Shown: piece after piece, positions 9,376-20,175 of the stretch
How the letters are laid out: each line of letters starts with the position of its first letter
Position numbering within the stretch: position 1 is the first letter of the stretch
From: a virus
Taxonomy: Duplodnaviria; Caudoviricetes
IMG/VR virus record: IMGVR_UViG_3300029986_000023
Coordinates: 1 to 56,139 of that record
Length of the DNA: 56,139 nt
Direction: 5' to 3' (one strand)
Position numbers and translations under genes: made by a program
The notes under the pieces: generated by a model
Told to the model about the DNA's origin: nothing
The model's database searches: none
Seen by the model: only the letters and a program-made list of their open reading frames with translations

Positions 9376-10984
9376 GCCAATCCCTGTCCCGTTCAGGACG
9401 ACGGTTATTGATCCCAACCCAAGAGGTTTTTCCATCATAAGATGTTATTGGCGCTTGAGGGATTGAATTCCAATCAAACGCATTAGGATCAACAAAGTTT
9501 CCGCCGTCTTTGAATCCAAACTTGTCCATTCCCACGCGAAAATAGACGAGTGCGTGGACGAGGTGATCTGGCCCGTTTCGTTGCCATACATATTGCTTTA
9601 CACCTAACTTATCCTCTTCTTCTGTTCGGTAAATGTTAGCAAAGTGCAGCCAAACTTGTTGCCAGTCCTCTCGTGTGCCGTAGATCGGAATGCGCTTGGC
9701 ACTAAACTCATCAATCAACATCTGAATCGTCCTGTTGCGGTCTACAACTACTTTGCCGTACTCGCTTCCTTCTCCCCATTGAATGAGCTGTTGGGTTTTT
9801 CTGTCTCGCCTGTAGTAAGTGAGAAACACGCGGCCATTATATCGCTCTTGCAACTCTCTAATGCCGATAAGGTCGCCTCCCTGATCGCTAACCAGGATAG
9901 ATTTAGGCCAGCGTTTGAGGAGCCGTTCAAGCTCATCATAAGACTCGCAAGATCCCCAATGGAACACTCCGTCTTTATTTCCACAGACGTACCAAATTGG
10001 GAGTCCGGTATCAACACCAATAACAACGGGATCTTCTTCGGTGTGTTGCTCATAATCCTTAAGGTTTTGGAAAAGCTTATCCTCAGTCATCTTGCTGCCG
10101 CTTCCAACGAACGGTTGGCCTAAGACGAAGTTGCTAAAATTCTCGGCTGTCATCGTCCTGTGGGCTTCAATGATCTCTGCCGCACTTACCGAAGGAACCA
10201 TGAGCTGGCTGATCCAGTAACCACTATATTTTGGCTTTACTTCAAATTTTCTGGCATGCCACTCTCCGTGACGTCTATCGTTATCTGATATTTCTTGCCC
10301 ACAAGCTGCACATATAAATCTTTTCTGTTGTTGATCCACGTTATTTGGCCATTGAAGAAACTGTTGCTTTTTGCAAAATCCACAAGTAACAAACCAATGC
10401 TTTTGATCGCTTTCCTGCCAGAATCTATGAACTCCGTTTCCTTCAAAAGAAGGGTTACTAAATCGCCATTGCCACTTCTTTTTCGAGTGTTGGAGGCGCG
10501 AGACATATTGGTCAATTACGGGTTGATTAGACCGATCTTCTTCATCGTGAATGTTTAGATCGCTTGAGAATGATAGGGCTGCGCGTTCAGTCCAGGTACC
10601 ACGCAAGTAGACTGTATTTTGTCCTATACGCTTCTGTTCAACACTGTCCTTATCTCCGCTTATCCAACTCTGTAAAACAGGATTTTCATTGACAATAGGA
10701 TCGAGTTTACCGCTCACCAGATCATGCGCATCAGTAACTGTAGGCATTGTATATACTGCGTTGATTCCAAAGTTCTTTACTGCCCACAACATCTTGAGAA
10801 GAAACGTTGTCGTCTTACCACACTGGGCAGCTGCTAGAACAACTTGGAAGGGTGACCAGTCTTTCAGGATGTCCCAAAGATAAGGGTGTTCATTTAGATC
10901 AAAAGGCTTACCATTCTCTGTCTTGATTTGGTTTGAGTTTATCCAGGCGATAATACTTTGATTTTCAGCATCTTTGAGATTCAT
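9365..10984 (-). CDS. terL: Terminase large subunit (lambda gpA-like), module A
   Basis: Walker A-like AAAQCGKTT, Walker B NIHDEED, CxxC..CxxC, nuclease GVDTG and DHLVHA. Confidence 0.9.
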   Translation of the reverse strand: MNLKDAENQSIIAWINSNQIKTENGKPFDLNEHPYLWDILKDWSPFQVVLAAAQCGKTTTFLLKMLWAVKNFGINAVYTMPTVTDAHDLVSGKLDPIVNENPVLQSWISGDKDSVEQKRIGQNTVYLRGTWTERAALSFSSDLNIHDEEDRSNQPVIDQYVSRLQHSKKKWQWRFSNPSFEGNGVHRFWQESDQKHWFVTCGFCKKQQFLQWPNNVDQQQKRFICAACGQEISDNDRRHGEWHARKFEVKPKYSGYWISQLMVPSVSAAEIIEAHRTMTAENFSNFVLGQPFVGSGSKMTEDKLFQNLKDYEQHTEEDPVVIGVDTGLPIWYVCGNKDGVFHWGSCESYDELERLLKRWPKSILVSDQGGDLIGIRELQERYNGRVFLTYYRRDRKTQQLIQWGEGSEYGKVVVDRNRTIQMLIDEFSAKRIPIYGTREDWQQVWLHFANIYRTEEEDKLGVKQYVWQRNGPDHLVHALVYFRVGMDKFGFKDGGNFVDPNAFDWNSIPQAPITSYDGKTSWVGINNRRPERDRDWRDI

Positions 10985-11346
10985 TGGCTCATCATCTCAT
11001 TACGTCTCTTAATAGTTGAGCGTTTAGGATCGAAATTCGGATTGTTTATTGCATGCTGAAACTTCTCATGCGTACCAATCTCCCAATCAGCATGTCGTGT
11101 TTCCTTCTCAATCCTGCGCTCATGCTCTTGTTCTGCCTTAGTCTTCACACCATAGCCGTAAATCATTCGATAGATTGGTTCTGTTAGACCTTGTGGCTGA
11201 CAGAAGCTCCTCAAATGTGAACGCCAGTAGCGAGACTTCCAACCTCGTGCCTTGTTAATGTCGTCGAGCAAGAAACTATCCTTGTGACCACAATAAATAC
11301 ATACCTCAAGTTGCTCACGTTGGTTGCTGTGGCGAACTCGAAACAT
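10981..11346 (-). CDS. CxxC-containing hypothetical protein
   Basis: CIYCG; YW...Q....IYRMIYG resembles YW...LLQ....LFEKVYG of 48690..49010; start reassigned to MFRVRH. Confidence 0.55.
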   Translation of the reverse strand: MFRVRHSNQREQLEVCIYCGHKDSFLLDDINKARGWKSRYWRSHLRSFCQPQGLTEPIYRMIYGYGVKTKAEQEHERRIEKETRHADWEIGTHEKFQHAINNPNFDPKRSTIKRRNEMMSQ

Positions 11347-11650
11347 GTGTAACTTCGCCGACCGGCAACGCGCTTCCTGTGGGACTAACATAATTAGGAT
11401 CAACAGGTGTTGAGTTAAAAATGTGCTCACCAATCGTTTCTTCCGGTGGTGGTTCTACAATCGTAAACTTATCGGAACTCAAAGTACGATCCGTTAAATG
11501 AGCAATCGCGTGTTCGACAGCTTTACTGGCTACTTTACCAACCGTTGTCTCAGTATTTCTGTGCCACGTCTCACCAACAAGAATACCCGTAATGAATCCT
11601 AAGATTGCGGTTGCGGCGGGGGTGAGCCAATCCATATTATTCAATTCCAA
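11315..11650 (-). CDS. N-terminally membrane-anchored protein
   Basis: Hydrophobic AILGFITGILVG; counterpart FILGLIVGLLIA in 49313..49552. Confidence 0.6.
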   Translation of the reverse strand: MELNNMDWLTPAATAILGFITGILVGETWHRNTETTVGKVASKAVEHAIAHLTDRTLSSDKFTIVEPPPEETIGEHIFNSTPVDPNYVSPTGSALPVGEVTHVSSSPQQPT

Positions 11651-12125
11651 ACGCTTTGCTCATCTCTGCGATGAACGGACGTGGATTAACAGGAGTACGT
11701 GACTTAACACCATCGACAACAGTCTCTTGGGTGAAGTCGTTGAATACTTCTGCTCCTAGCTTTTCAACGAAGCTCTTAACAAGATCATATTTATCATCAG
11801 CTAACTCGACGGAAGCTTTGGCCTTCTCTTCTGTGAATTCAGCGTTGATCTCTGATTGAAACTGTTCAAGCTGTTCAGTGGTGTATTTCTCACCGTCGGC
11901 TAAGACATGGTCCGCGTCCCATTTCGTTTTGAATTCGTACATTGATTCCACAAGGTCTTTACTCTTGGTTTGAGCAGCAAACATCAACTCATCACCAATC
12001 TTGTCTAAACGATTGATAGAACGCACAGCATCTCCCCCTAAGACGGCTACTTTGCGCGTATCAAATGATTTTACAGCTTGTCCTAGAACACTTAATGAAT
12101 TGGCGGTCAATGAGATTGTTTTCAT
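11637..12125 (-). CDS. Hypothetical protein
   Basis: 162-aa ATG ORF tightly packed after groL. Confidence 0.7.
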   Translation of the reverse strand: MKTISLTANSLSVLGQAVKSFDTRKVAVLGGDAVRSINRLDKIGDELMFAAQTKSKDLVESMYEFKTKWDADHVLADGEKYTTEQLEQFQSEINAEFTEEKAKASVELADDKYDLVKSFVEKLGAEVFNDFTQETVVDGVKSRTPVNPRPFIAEMSKAFGIE

Positions 12126-12131
12126 ATTATT

Positions 12132-14019
<1,888 letters not shown>

Positions 14020-14052
14020 AGTCCCGCTATGAAAATAATTAGTAATCCACGA

Positions 14053-14481
14053 TCACTTGATCATGGTTTTCTTTAACACATCTTCAAGTTTTGCAAGAGC
14101 CGCTAAGACTTCCGGTGTCTGTTCCACGTTGCTAGTTTTGATTTGTCCCGAGTGTTCTGTTTCTGATTTATCGTGGTAGCCATGCTTGCCCAAAACGAGC
14201 TTGGCGATGTTGGCGTTGTAGTTGCCGGCGAGTCCATGATCTATCAACTTTTCCTGCTGTTTTTGGTTTAATTCATCTAATACGTCGGAAAATTCAGGGT
14301 GAACCTTTGCCCATTCGTAGAGCGTGTCTATGTTCACTCCCAGCCAATTTGCCATGCCAGGAGCCTTTGGTAAGTTTACTATTGGAACCGGTCCGCCTAA
14401 CTTGTCTTTACAATTAACAATATACTCCCGCGCCATACGGCAAGTTTCTTTATTAAACAGTGTTGGCCTTCCTGCTGGCAT
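14053..14481 (-). CDS. terS: Terminase small subunit (P22 gp3-like), module A
   Basis: MPAGRPT, G.A.WLGV..DTLYEW...HPEFSD, GL.G.YNANIAKL.L..HGY.DK. Confidence 0.8.
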   Translation of the reverse strand: MPAGRPTLFNKETCRMAREYIVNCKDKLGGPVPIVNLPKAPGMANWLGVNIDTLYEWAKVHPEFSDVLDELNQKQQEKLIDHGLAGNYNANIAKLVLGKHGYHDKSETEHSGQIKTSNVEQTPEVLAALAKLEDVLKKTMIK

Positions 14482-14497
14482 AATATTTATTCATTTT

Positions 14498-14593
14498 TTA
14501 TAAATGATCCTTGTGACAGCGGACGCGCATAGGCTACTTAAAACGAAGACTTTCATATAATAGATTCAAGCTCCGTATCCACTACGTTTCGGT
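14498..14593 (-). pseudogene. Collapsed remnants of two module-B genes
   Basis: MRVRCHKDHL* (14498..14530) vs MRVRCYVCHKDH (48690..49010); RNVVDTELESII* vs RNGVDTELESII* (49313..49552). Confidence 0.6.
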
Positions 14594-14815
14594 GGTTTAA
14601 TTTCTCCTGTACAGATACCGTGTGAAGGTCAAGTAGATTCCTAGATTAGAAAGTACAAATAACCATTCACACAGTGTCTCTAAAGACGAATCAGGCTAGG
14701 AGGGGCAAGTCAGTTCGAGGACATTATCCATGTGACAATGTGATTGCTTGCCCGCGTGTTGCCTGTACGCTCTCTATCGTGAGTAGCTGGACGATACCAG
14801 TGATGGTATGTGGTT

Positions 14816-14844
14816 AGGTTAGCACAAAAAAGTTGAATTGTCAA
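14816..14844 (-). promoter_or_regulatory. Sigma70-type promoter for the module A packaging/head operon
   Basis: TTGACA-17-TAACCT with GTGC before the -10. Confidence 0.6.
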
Positions 14845-15225
14845 TTATACAAATTGTATTTTCTTATTGAGCTTAATTGACTCTAGCATAAACTTCGCAT
14901 TTTTCGCTTCGGGGTTTTCGTCGCAGTAATCCTGCAAACCTTTCATAATTCCTTTGCGAGCCGCATCGCTTTTGTAAATCGTACTGTTAATTGTTTCTCC
15001 AGTAATCCCAGTAAATTCTTTAGCTGTTTCTACAGGCCGCTTGTCGGGGTAGCGTTCGTAATACTGCTGGATGGTTAAAATCTCAGCAATGGCTGAACCT
15101 TTTATTTTCTGGCCATCGAATGTTTCAAACCATTGATCGGCATGGATTATTTTTAGTGCCTCGTTTTCTTCGGAACCTATTAAAAGATGTGATCCTGTAA
15201 ACGTGATAATAGCATTGGTTTTCAT
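14845..15225 (-). CDS. Hypothetical protein downstream of the initiator
   Basis: 126-aa ATG ORF in the position where helicase loaders often lie; no motif recognised. Confidence 0.65.
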   Translation of the reverse strand: MKTNAIITFTGSHLLIGSEENEALKIIHADQWFETFDGQKIKGSAIAEILTIQQYYERYPDKRPVETAKEFTGITGETINSTIYKSDAARKGIMKGLQDYCDENPEAKNAKFMLESIKLNKKIQFV

Positions 15226-15229
15226 ACAA

Positions 15230-15982
15230 TTAGTTTGTTTGAGGTTTTTTAGCTCGTACCGTCATGGATTCAATTGTTTGTTTGTGCGGATCGGTTTTTG
15301 TTTTGCTTTGATGAGCTATTAAGGCTGCGAGCTTGTCACGTAGCTGTACTGGAGTGGTTATGGTTGGCGCGTAAACGTCTCCAGACACGCTTACGGCATA
15401 GTCTATGGCTGCTATGACCTTTTGGATGCCGTAACGCTTTATAAGCGATTCTGCGGCCTTGCGTTGGGTTAGGTTTCCGAATTGTATTTGGGGGTTGAGG
15501 GTATCGTAAAATCTCTTAAAGACTTGATTGACTTCATCGCCGCCAGCGAGAGCTGGCAGTTCAGTATTCTTTACATTCTTATCATTCTTTACATTCTTAT
15601 TTATAGTGTGGCTTTCGTTTCCCCTCCGTTTCCCCTCTGTGTAGGTTTCCGTGTGGCTTTTGTAATTTTCTAGTGTTTGATATTTATCGTAGTTAAGCAA
15701 AGAAATGAACATTCCGCGTGTGGTTTTCCGTGTCCCCAACATACCCTGCTCCTTTGCCCATTTTATGAAACTCTCGATTTGATGCTTAGAAGCCTTGGTA
15801 TATAGCTGAATTTCGTTGTAGGTCAGCAGGACTTCCCCACGTTTGAACTGCTTTTCATCTTTGTAGTTAGCTAACTGGACGAGACAGAACCAAATCTTGA
15901 ACCACTTATCAGGCTTCCAAAAGAACACGTCACTCTCGAGAGTCTTCCTAGACCATATAGACGCGCCAGCAAGTTCGCGCAT
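15230..15982 (-). CDS. Phage replication initiator (lambda O/DnaD-like N-terminal wHTH)
   Basis: SRK..ES.VF..KP..WFKIW...V..AN.....KRG...T......ISLLNYDKYQ pattern; internal DNA repeats. Confidence 0.75.
   Translation of the reverse strand: MRELAGASIWSRKTLESDVFFWKPDKWFKIWFCLVQLANYKDEKQFKRGEVLLTYNEIQLYTKASKHQIESFIKWAKEQGMLGTRKTTRGMFISLLNYDKYQTLENYKSHTETYTEGKRRGNESHTINKNVKNDKNVKNTELPALAGGDEVNQVFKRFYDTLNPQIQFGNLTQRKAAESLIKRYGIQKVIAAIDYAVSVSGDVYAPTITTPVQLRDKLAALIAHQSKTKTDPHKQTIESMTVRAKKPQTN
15566..15660. repeat. Iteron-like repeats within the initiator (candidate origin)
   Basis: attctttacattcttat x2, gtttcccctc x2, gtgtggcttt x2. Confidence 0.55.
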
Positions 15983-15983
15983 A

Positions 15984-16238
15984 TTATTTTTTGGCCTCTG
16001 GAATCCAGGCGATATCTCCCTTAATCATCACTCCTCCATGCTGTAAAAGATTCTTTTTTAGTTTCTTACCTACTTGGCTCGTGGAATCATGCCTACCAGG
16101 TATGTGGGGTGCGTCTGTTAAGTTCACTTTCTCCCCGACCAAGAGCAAGCGGATGAAAAAAGCTCGCCGTGAATCCATTGGTAGAAAGTCCAACTGCTTA
16201 CCTAAATCCTGCCAAACAAACTTCATGTTTTTAGACAT
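15984..16238 (-). CDS. Hypothetical basic protein
   Basis: First ORF of the leftward replication operon. Confidence 0.6.
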   Translation of the reverse strand: MSKNMKFVWQDLGKQLDFLPMDSRRAFFIRLLLVGEKVNLTDAPHIPGRHDSTSQVGKKLKKNLLQHGGVMIKGDIAWIPEAKK

Positions 16239-16339
16239 AAAAAACCGGTAATGTTCCAGCCGTGAAGCCCCACACTAGGTGGCGCGGCCCGAACGCTAAC
16301 GGTTTTTTAAAGTCATGGGCTTACATGACAAGCAAAAAC

Positions 16340-16368
16340 ACAATAGCACGTATTTCATCCATTTGCAA
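16340..16368 (-). promoter_or_regulatory. Leftward promoter
   Basis: TTGCAA-17-TATTGT with GTGC before the -10. Confidence 0.5.
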
Positions 16369-16377
16369 GGGGATGGT

Positions 16378-16406
16378 TTGACATACTATTTAACAGGTGG
16401 TAGCAT
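16378..16406 (+). promoter_or_regulatory. Rightward promoter
   Basis: TTGACA-17-TAGCAT. Confidence 0.65.
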
Positions 16407-16430
16407 GGCCTTGGCTTAAAATGTCAACCT

Positions 16431-16598
16431 ATGAATCATATTGAAATTGCTAAAGCTCAAGCCCGCGAATGGGGTCGTATTGGAGGCATGCAACGCAAGC
16501 AATCAATGAAAAATGGTGGCTATTCAAAGATTGGAAAAGCAGGAGCAGAGAAGCGATGGGGTAAGAAACAGGTTGTGGATAAAGATGCCTTGACTTAA
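16431..16598 (+). CDS. Small basic KGG-like protein (55 aa, not in ORF track)
   Basis: MNHIEIAKAQAREWGRIGGMQRKQSMKNGGYSKIGKAGAEKRWGKK..., directly after the promoter. Confidence 0.6.
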   Translation: MNHIEIAKAQAREWGRIGGMQRKQSMKNGGYSKIGKAGAEKRWGKKQVVDKDALT

Positions 16599-16618
16599 TA
16601 GCAGGGGGGTGCTAAAGT
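16574..16618 (+). promoter_or_regulatory. Early promoter preceded by a DnaA-box consensus
   Basis: TGTGGATAA (reverse complement of TTATCCACA), then TTGACT-17-TAAAGT; same layout at 50345..50386. Confidence 0.65.
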
Positions 16619-16724
16619 ATATCCATGAGCCTAACAGCTCACTGACGGACAACCCCTCGTACCTACGACCCGGTAATAACTGGCTCTTGCGTACGAGGGT
16701 GAAGAACCACTAATAACCCACATT

Positions 16725-16847
16725 ATGATCTACCGATACTCTGACTGGAAAGCCCGTGAAGAAGGAAAAAAGATCACGTTTCATCTGCTCTGTGTCGTCG
16801 TAGGAATCATTGGTTACGTCATGCTCGCTCATTATCTAGGCATGTGA
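16725..16847 (+). CDS. 40-aa membrane peptide
   Basis: MIYRYSDWKAREEGKKITFHLLCVVVGIIGYVMLAHYLGM; stop overlaps the next start. Confidence 0.45.
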   Translation: MIYRYSDWKAREEGKKITFHLLCVVVGIIGYVMLAHYLGM

Positions 16848-16996
16848 AAAAGAAACACACCGCCAAGCCATGTCCTCTGTGTGGAGGGAAACGGTACTGT
16901 AAGCCAGTGAGTATAAAGATGATCACCAATAGTCTGTTTGAACATGAGATGGTAACTACCTGGCGCGAAGTGTGTAAAAAGTGTTCACCAATATGA
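16844..16996 (+). CDS. 50-aa Zn-ribbon peptide
   Basis: GTG start; CPLC...CKKC; ATGA coupling to the next ORF. Confidence 0.45.
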   Translation: MKKKHTAKPCPLCGGKRYCKPVSIKMITNSLFEHEMVTTWREVCKKCSPI

Positions 16997-17094
16997 AACC
17001 TATTATTTGTGAGTTCTGTGATGAACCGCTTGATTATTGCACCTGTGAATTGCCGGAAGACGAGCCGGACCGAGACCTTTACGACGATAAGTGA
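16993..17094 (+). CDS. 33-aa Cys/acidic peptide
   Basis: MKPIICEFCDEPLDYCTCELPEDEPDRDLYDDK. Confidence 0.45.
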   Translation: MKPIICEFCDEPLDYCTCELPEDEPDRDLYDDK

Positions 17095-17115
17095 TTTTAT
17101 TCATTAACAGATCCT

Positions 17116-17835
17116 ATGGAAAATACAAAAGCTATCGCAGTGAAGCAACCATGGACGAAAGAACAAATGGCTCTTATCACACGCACGGTCGCCAAAGGTG
17201 CAACGCAGGATGAACTTGGCTTGTTCTTCAACATCGCTAAGCGTTCAGGACTGGACGTCTTCACCAAACAAATTCATTTCGTGAAACGCAAGGTTTGGAA
17301 CAAGGACACACAGCAGAGTGAAGAAGTCGGAACGATTCAAACGGGCATTGACGGCTACCGTTCCATCGCTGAACGCTCTGGGACGCTCGCAGGCATTGAT
17401 GACGTTTTGTACGACACGGAAACCGATGAACACCCGAACAAGGCCAGCGTGACCGTGTATCGGTTGATTGGTGGCACTCGCGTTGCGTTCACCGCCTCTG
17501 CGCGCTGGACGGAATACGCCGCCATTCATCCAAAATCAAAAGAAGTCATGGGCCAATGGAAAAAGATGCCGTATCTCATGCTCGGCAAGTGCGCCGAGGC
17601 TCTGGCTCTTCGCAAGGCGTTCCCCAACGACCTTTCAGGCTTGTACACCCAAGAAGAAATGGATCAGGCACAGGAACCGATCGTGGACGCTACACCGCCG
17701 ACCGTTGCCGCGAAGAAAGTCAAGGCAGAAAAGCTGATGGAACGTCAACCCGTGACCGAAAGCATGACGGAGGAGACACCGATCACCGCCGAAGAGGTGG
17801 CCGAGCTTGATGCTGAAGCAGCCCAACAATCCTAG
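17116..17835 (+). CDS. bet: Bet/RecT-family ssDNA annealing protein
   Basis: GLDVFTKQIHFVKR, IQTGIDGYRSIAERSG, W.KMPYLMLGKCAEALALRKAFP..LSGLYT.EEM. Confidence 0.93.
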   Translation: MENTKAIAVKQPWTKEQMALITRTVAKGATQDELGLFFNIAKRSGLDVFTKQIHFVKRKVWNKDTQQSEEVGTIQTGIDGYRSIAERSGTLAGIDDVLYDTETDEHPNKASVTVYRLIGGTRVAFTASARWTEYAAIHPKSKEVMGQWKKMPYLMLGKCAEALALRKAFPNDLSGLYTQEEMDQAQEPIVDATPPTVAAKKVKAEKLMERQPVTESMTEETPITAEEVAELDAEAAQQS

Positions 17836-17836
17836 T

Positions 17837-18595
17837 ATGCCAAAAGAAACAGACATCATCAGTCAGGCATATCACGGAGCCTACGAAATACGATTTTCTC
17901 CAGGCGCGCACCGCTATTGGGTTCGCAAGACGGGCGACGAGAAGTGGGAAAGCATTTCAGGCGTCACGACCATTCTGAACAAAGTCATCCCCAAGAACCT
18001 TGTTCAGTGGGCCGCAGATCAGGCCGTGGCTTCGCTTACGCCGCATTTGGGACAGGAGTTGACACAAACCATGCTGGAGGACGCCAGGAACGCTCACCGA
18101 GTCACTAAAGAGGAAGCGGGTGGCATTGGCAAGGCCGTCCACGCTTGGGTGGAACGATTCTGCCTCGGAAAAGGCAAACCCATCCCGCTGCCTGACGACG
18201 AAAAGGAATTGAACGGCGTCACGGGTTTTCTCAACTGGTGGAACAAGACGGGTGCGGAGATCATCGAAAGCGAGCGGTTCGTGTACCAACCAGAAAAGCA
18301 CTACATCGGAACGATGGATGCCTATGTCAAAATCAAAGACAAGTTCTACGTCGCGGATTGGAAAACGGGCAAAAACTTCTACGCCGACCATTTGCTTCAA
18401 GTGGCTGGGTACAGTTCAGCTTTTCGAATGGAAACAGGGAACCAAATCGACGGCATCATCGTCGCGAAGTTCAATAAAGAGGACGGCACGTTCGAAGAAA
18501 AGATCATCGAAAACATTACGCCGCTCGAACAAGCGTTCGACCGCGCGCTGAGGTTCTCGCGTGATTTGGATGATGCCGTAAAATTGGTTAAATGA
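17837..18595 (+). CDS. PD-(D/E)XK exonuclease (Bet partner)
   Basis: GVTTIL, G.AVH, GTMD..V...DWKTG, LQVAGY. Confidence 0.85.
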   Translation: MPKETDIISQAYHGAYEIRFSPGAHRYWVRKTGDEKWESISGVTTILNKVIPKNLVQWAADQAVASLTPHLGQELTQTMLEDARNAHRVTKEEAGGIGKAVHAWVERFCLGKGKPIPLPDDEKELNGVTGFLNWWNKTGAEIIESERFVYQPEKHYIGTMDAYVKIKDKFYVADWKTGKNFYADHLLQVAGYSSAFRMETGNQIDGIIVAKFNKEDGTFEEKIIENITPLEQAFDRALRFSRDLDDAVKLVK

Positions 18596-18596
18596 T

Positions 18597-19355
18597 ATGC
18601 CCAAACAACTTCCTTCCAACCGCGTGAAAGAAATAACAATGGAAAAAGGTTGCACGACTCAAGAAGCCATCCTCGCCTACCTCGACGAACGCGAAACTGA
18701 AGAGAAGCGTGTCGAAGATGCTACGATGAAATACAACATTGAACTGGCTAAGATGCACAAGTTCTACAACTCAAATAAAGCAACCCCTGTTACGCCATCT
18801 AAGGACGAAGGTAACAAGAATATTTGCCTGCCTGAAACCAAATGTAATTTGTGCGGCATGATGGGAAATCCACCGTGGTATCACCAATGTCCTGGTCTGT
18901 TCAACCAATCACACTGGGGGACTGACCATCCCCAACTTGTCGGTCTTGCTAAAGAGATTGAAAAGATGACGGAAGAAGCAAAGCCCTGTCGCCCAAGTAG
19001 AGTAGCGGCACCGTCAGAAGTCAATGAAAAAGCCAGCCTTGTTGAAAAACTCTTTGCCCGAAAGTGTGAGGCAAAATATAGAGATTTGGTGTCTAATTCT
19101 TCAACTATGACTTGTGGAAAATCACTTCCTTGTCCCGACCATCCCCCTCAACCAAAACCACGCTGGAGACCGAGCCTTGGAGAAACAAGTTATTCCATAG
19201 ATTGGGATGGCGAAATTGTGAAAGACGGCGCATGGGAAGATTTGGAATATGAAAACGCGCGTTGGGCTTTTGGCAATTGCTTCCCGTCCCGTGAGAAAGC
19301 AGAGGCTGCCGCGCAAGCTATCAAGGAGCTGCTAATGAAAATACAAGGAGAATAA
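18597..19355 (+). CDS. Mosaic hypothetical protein
   Basis: C-terminal PQPKPRW...GNCFP.REKAEAAAQAIKELL shared with 50571..50807. Confidence 0.7.
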   Translation: MPKQLPSNRVKEITMEKGCTTQEAILAYLDERETEEKRVEDATMKYNIELAKMHKFYNSNKATPVTPSKDEGNKNICLPETKCNLCGMMGNPPWYHQCPGLFNQSHWGTDHPQLVGLAKEIEKMTEEAKPCRPSRVAAPSEVNEKASLVEKLFARKCEAKYRDLVSNSSTMTCGKSLPCPDHPPQPKPRWRPSLGETSYSIDWDGEIVKDGAWEDLEYENARWAFGNCFPSREKAEAAAQAIKELLMKIQGE

Positions 19356-19359
19356 TAAT

Positions 19360-19584
19360 ATGGGACACTGGGAAAGAGAAATTGGATACAGATGTTCTGA
19401 TGATTGTAAACAGTCTGGCTGTCCAGGACATACAATGAAAGTGGAAATCTTTACCGTAACCGATTCTTTAAAGGTTACTCCAGATATTAAAGACGGAACC
19501 GATTTCTTTTACTTGGATACGAATCGTTTTGAAACTCTTAAAAAAGTTCTAAAAGAATGGGATTATAGTGGTTTCAATTTCTAA
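19360..19584 (+). CDS. Hypothetical protein
   Basis: Packed ATG ORF; CSDDC...GCPGH. Confidence 0.6.
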   Translation: MGHWEREIGYRCSDDCKQSGCPGHTMKVEIFTVTDSLKVTPDIKDGTDFFYLDTNRFETLKKVLKEWDYSGFNF

Positions 19585-19617
19585 CCCCTTTGGCCGCCAT
19601 CCTAACGAATCCTGAAT

Positions 19618-19869
19618 ATGACTATCGAGACCGCTTGGAACGAAATAGCAATAGGAATGAAGCAAGATGAGCCTCAAGCAAACTTTGATTTGTTCCAATC
19701 CATCCTCCAACGCTTCGCCCTGGAGTTCGTGGAGGCGAGTGTCGGTGTGAAGCAGAAATGTACGCATCAAGACCCACAGTTTTGCAAGGACGTGAAGTGT
19801 CCGAAGATTCAGTGGAACGCTTGTCGTGAGCAAACCTTGGAGGCGGCACGTAAGATACTTGGCTTATGA
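19618..19869 (+). CDS. Hypothetical protein
   Basis: ILQRFALEFV and TLEAARKILG shared with 52647..52901. Confidence 0.65.
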   Translation: MTIETAWNEIAIGMKQDEPQANFDLFQSILQRFALEFVEASVGVKQKCTHQDPQFCKDVKCPKIQWNACREQTLEAARKILGL

Positions 19870-19906
19870 ACTGCCCACAATGCTCCAAATACATTAGCGA
19901 CTGGCG

Positions 19907-20173
19907 ATGGTGGCCGTTCTATGTGGGGTTCGTGCTTGGCCTTTTACTGGGAACGAAATAAATATGAGCCAAATCATTCATGGAGATTGCTTGGACTTTA
20001 TTCCAACTCTCTGTGATGAGATTGATAGGCTCAACGCCCTCCTCTCCCAATATCGTGCCTTCAAAGAGGCGGTGGAGAAAGGTTTTATGAATCAGAAGGA
20101 AGGCAACGAATCGTTTGAAGACTTCAAGAAGCGTCGCGACGCCGCCCTGCTCTTAGCCCCTAAAGACGAATAG
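19907..20173 (+). CDS. Ead/Ea22-like fragment protein
   Basis: L.DEIDRL; ends RDAALLLAPKDE like 52962..53684; true start may be MSQII. Confidence 0.5.
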   Translation: MVAVLCGVRAWPFTGNEINMSQIIHGDCLDFIPTLCDEIDRLNALLSQYRAFKEAVEKGFMNQKEGNESFEDFKKRRDAALLLAPKDE

Positions 20174-20175
20174 GT

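Noticed and set aside
17837-18595. Cas4 of a CRISPR system
   Set aside because: No Fe-S cysteine set, cas genes or array; adjacency to bet indicates a recombination exonuclease.
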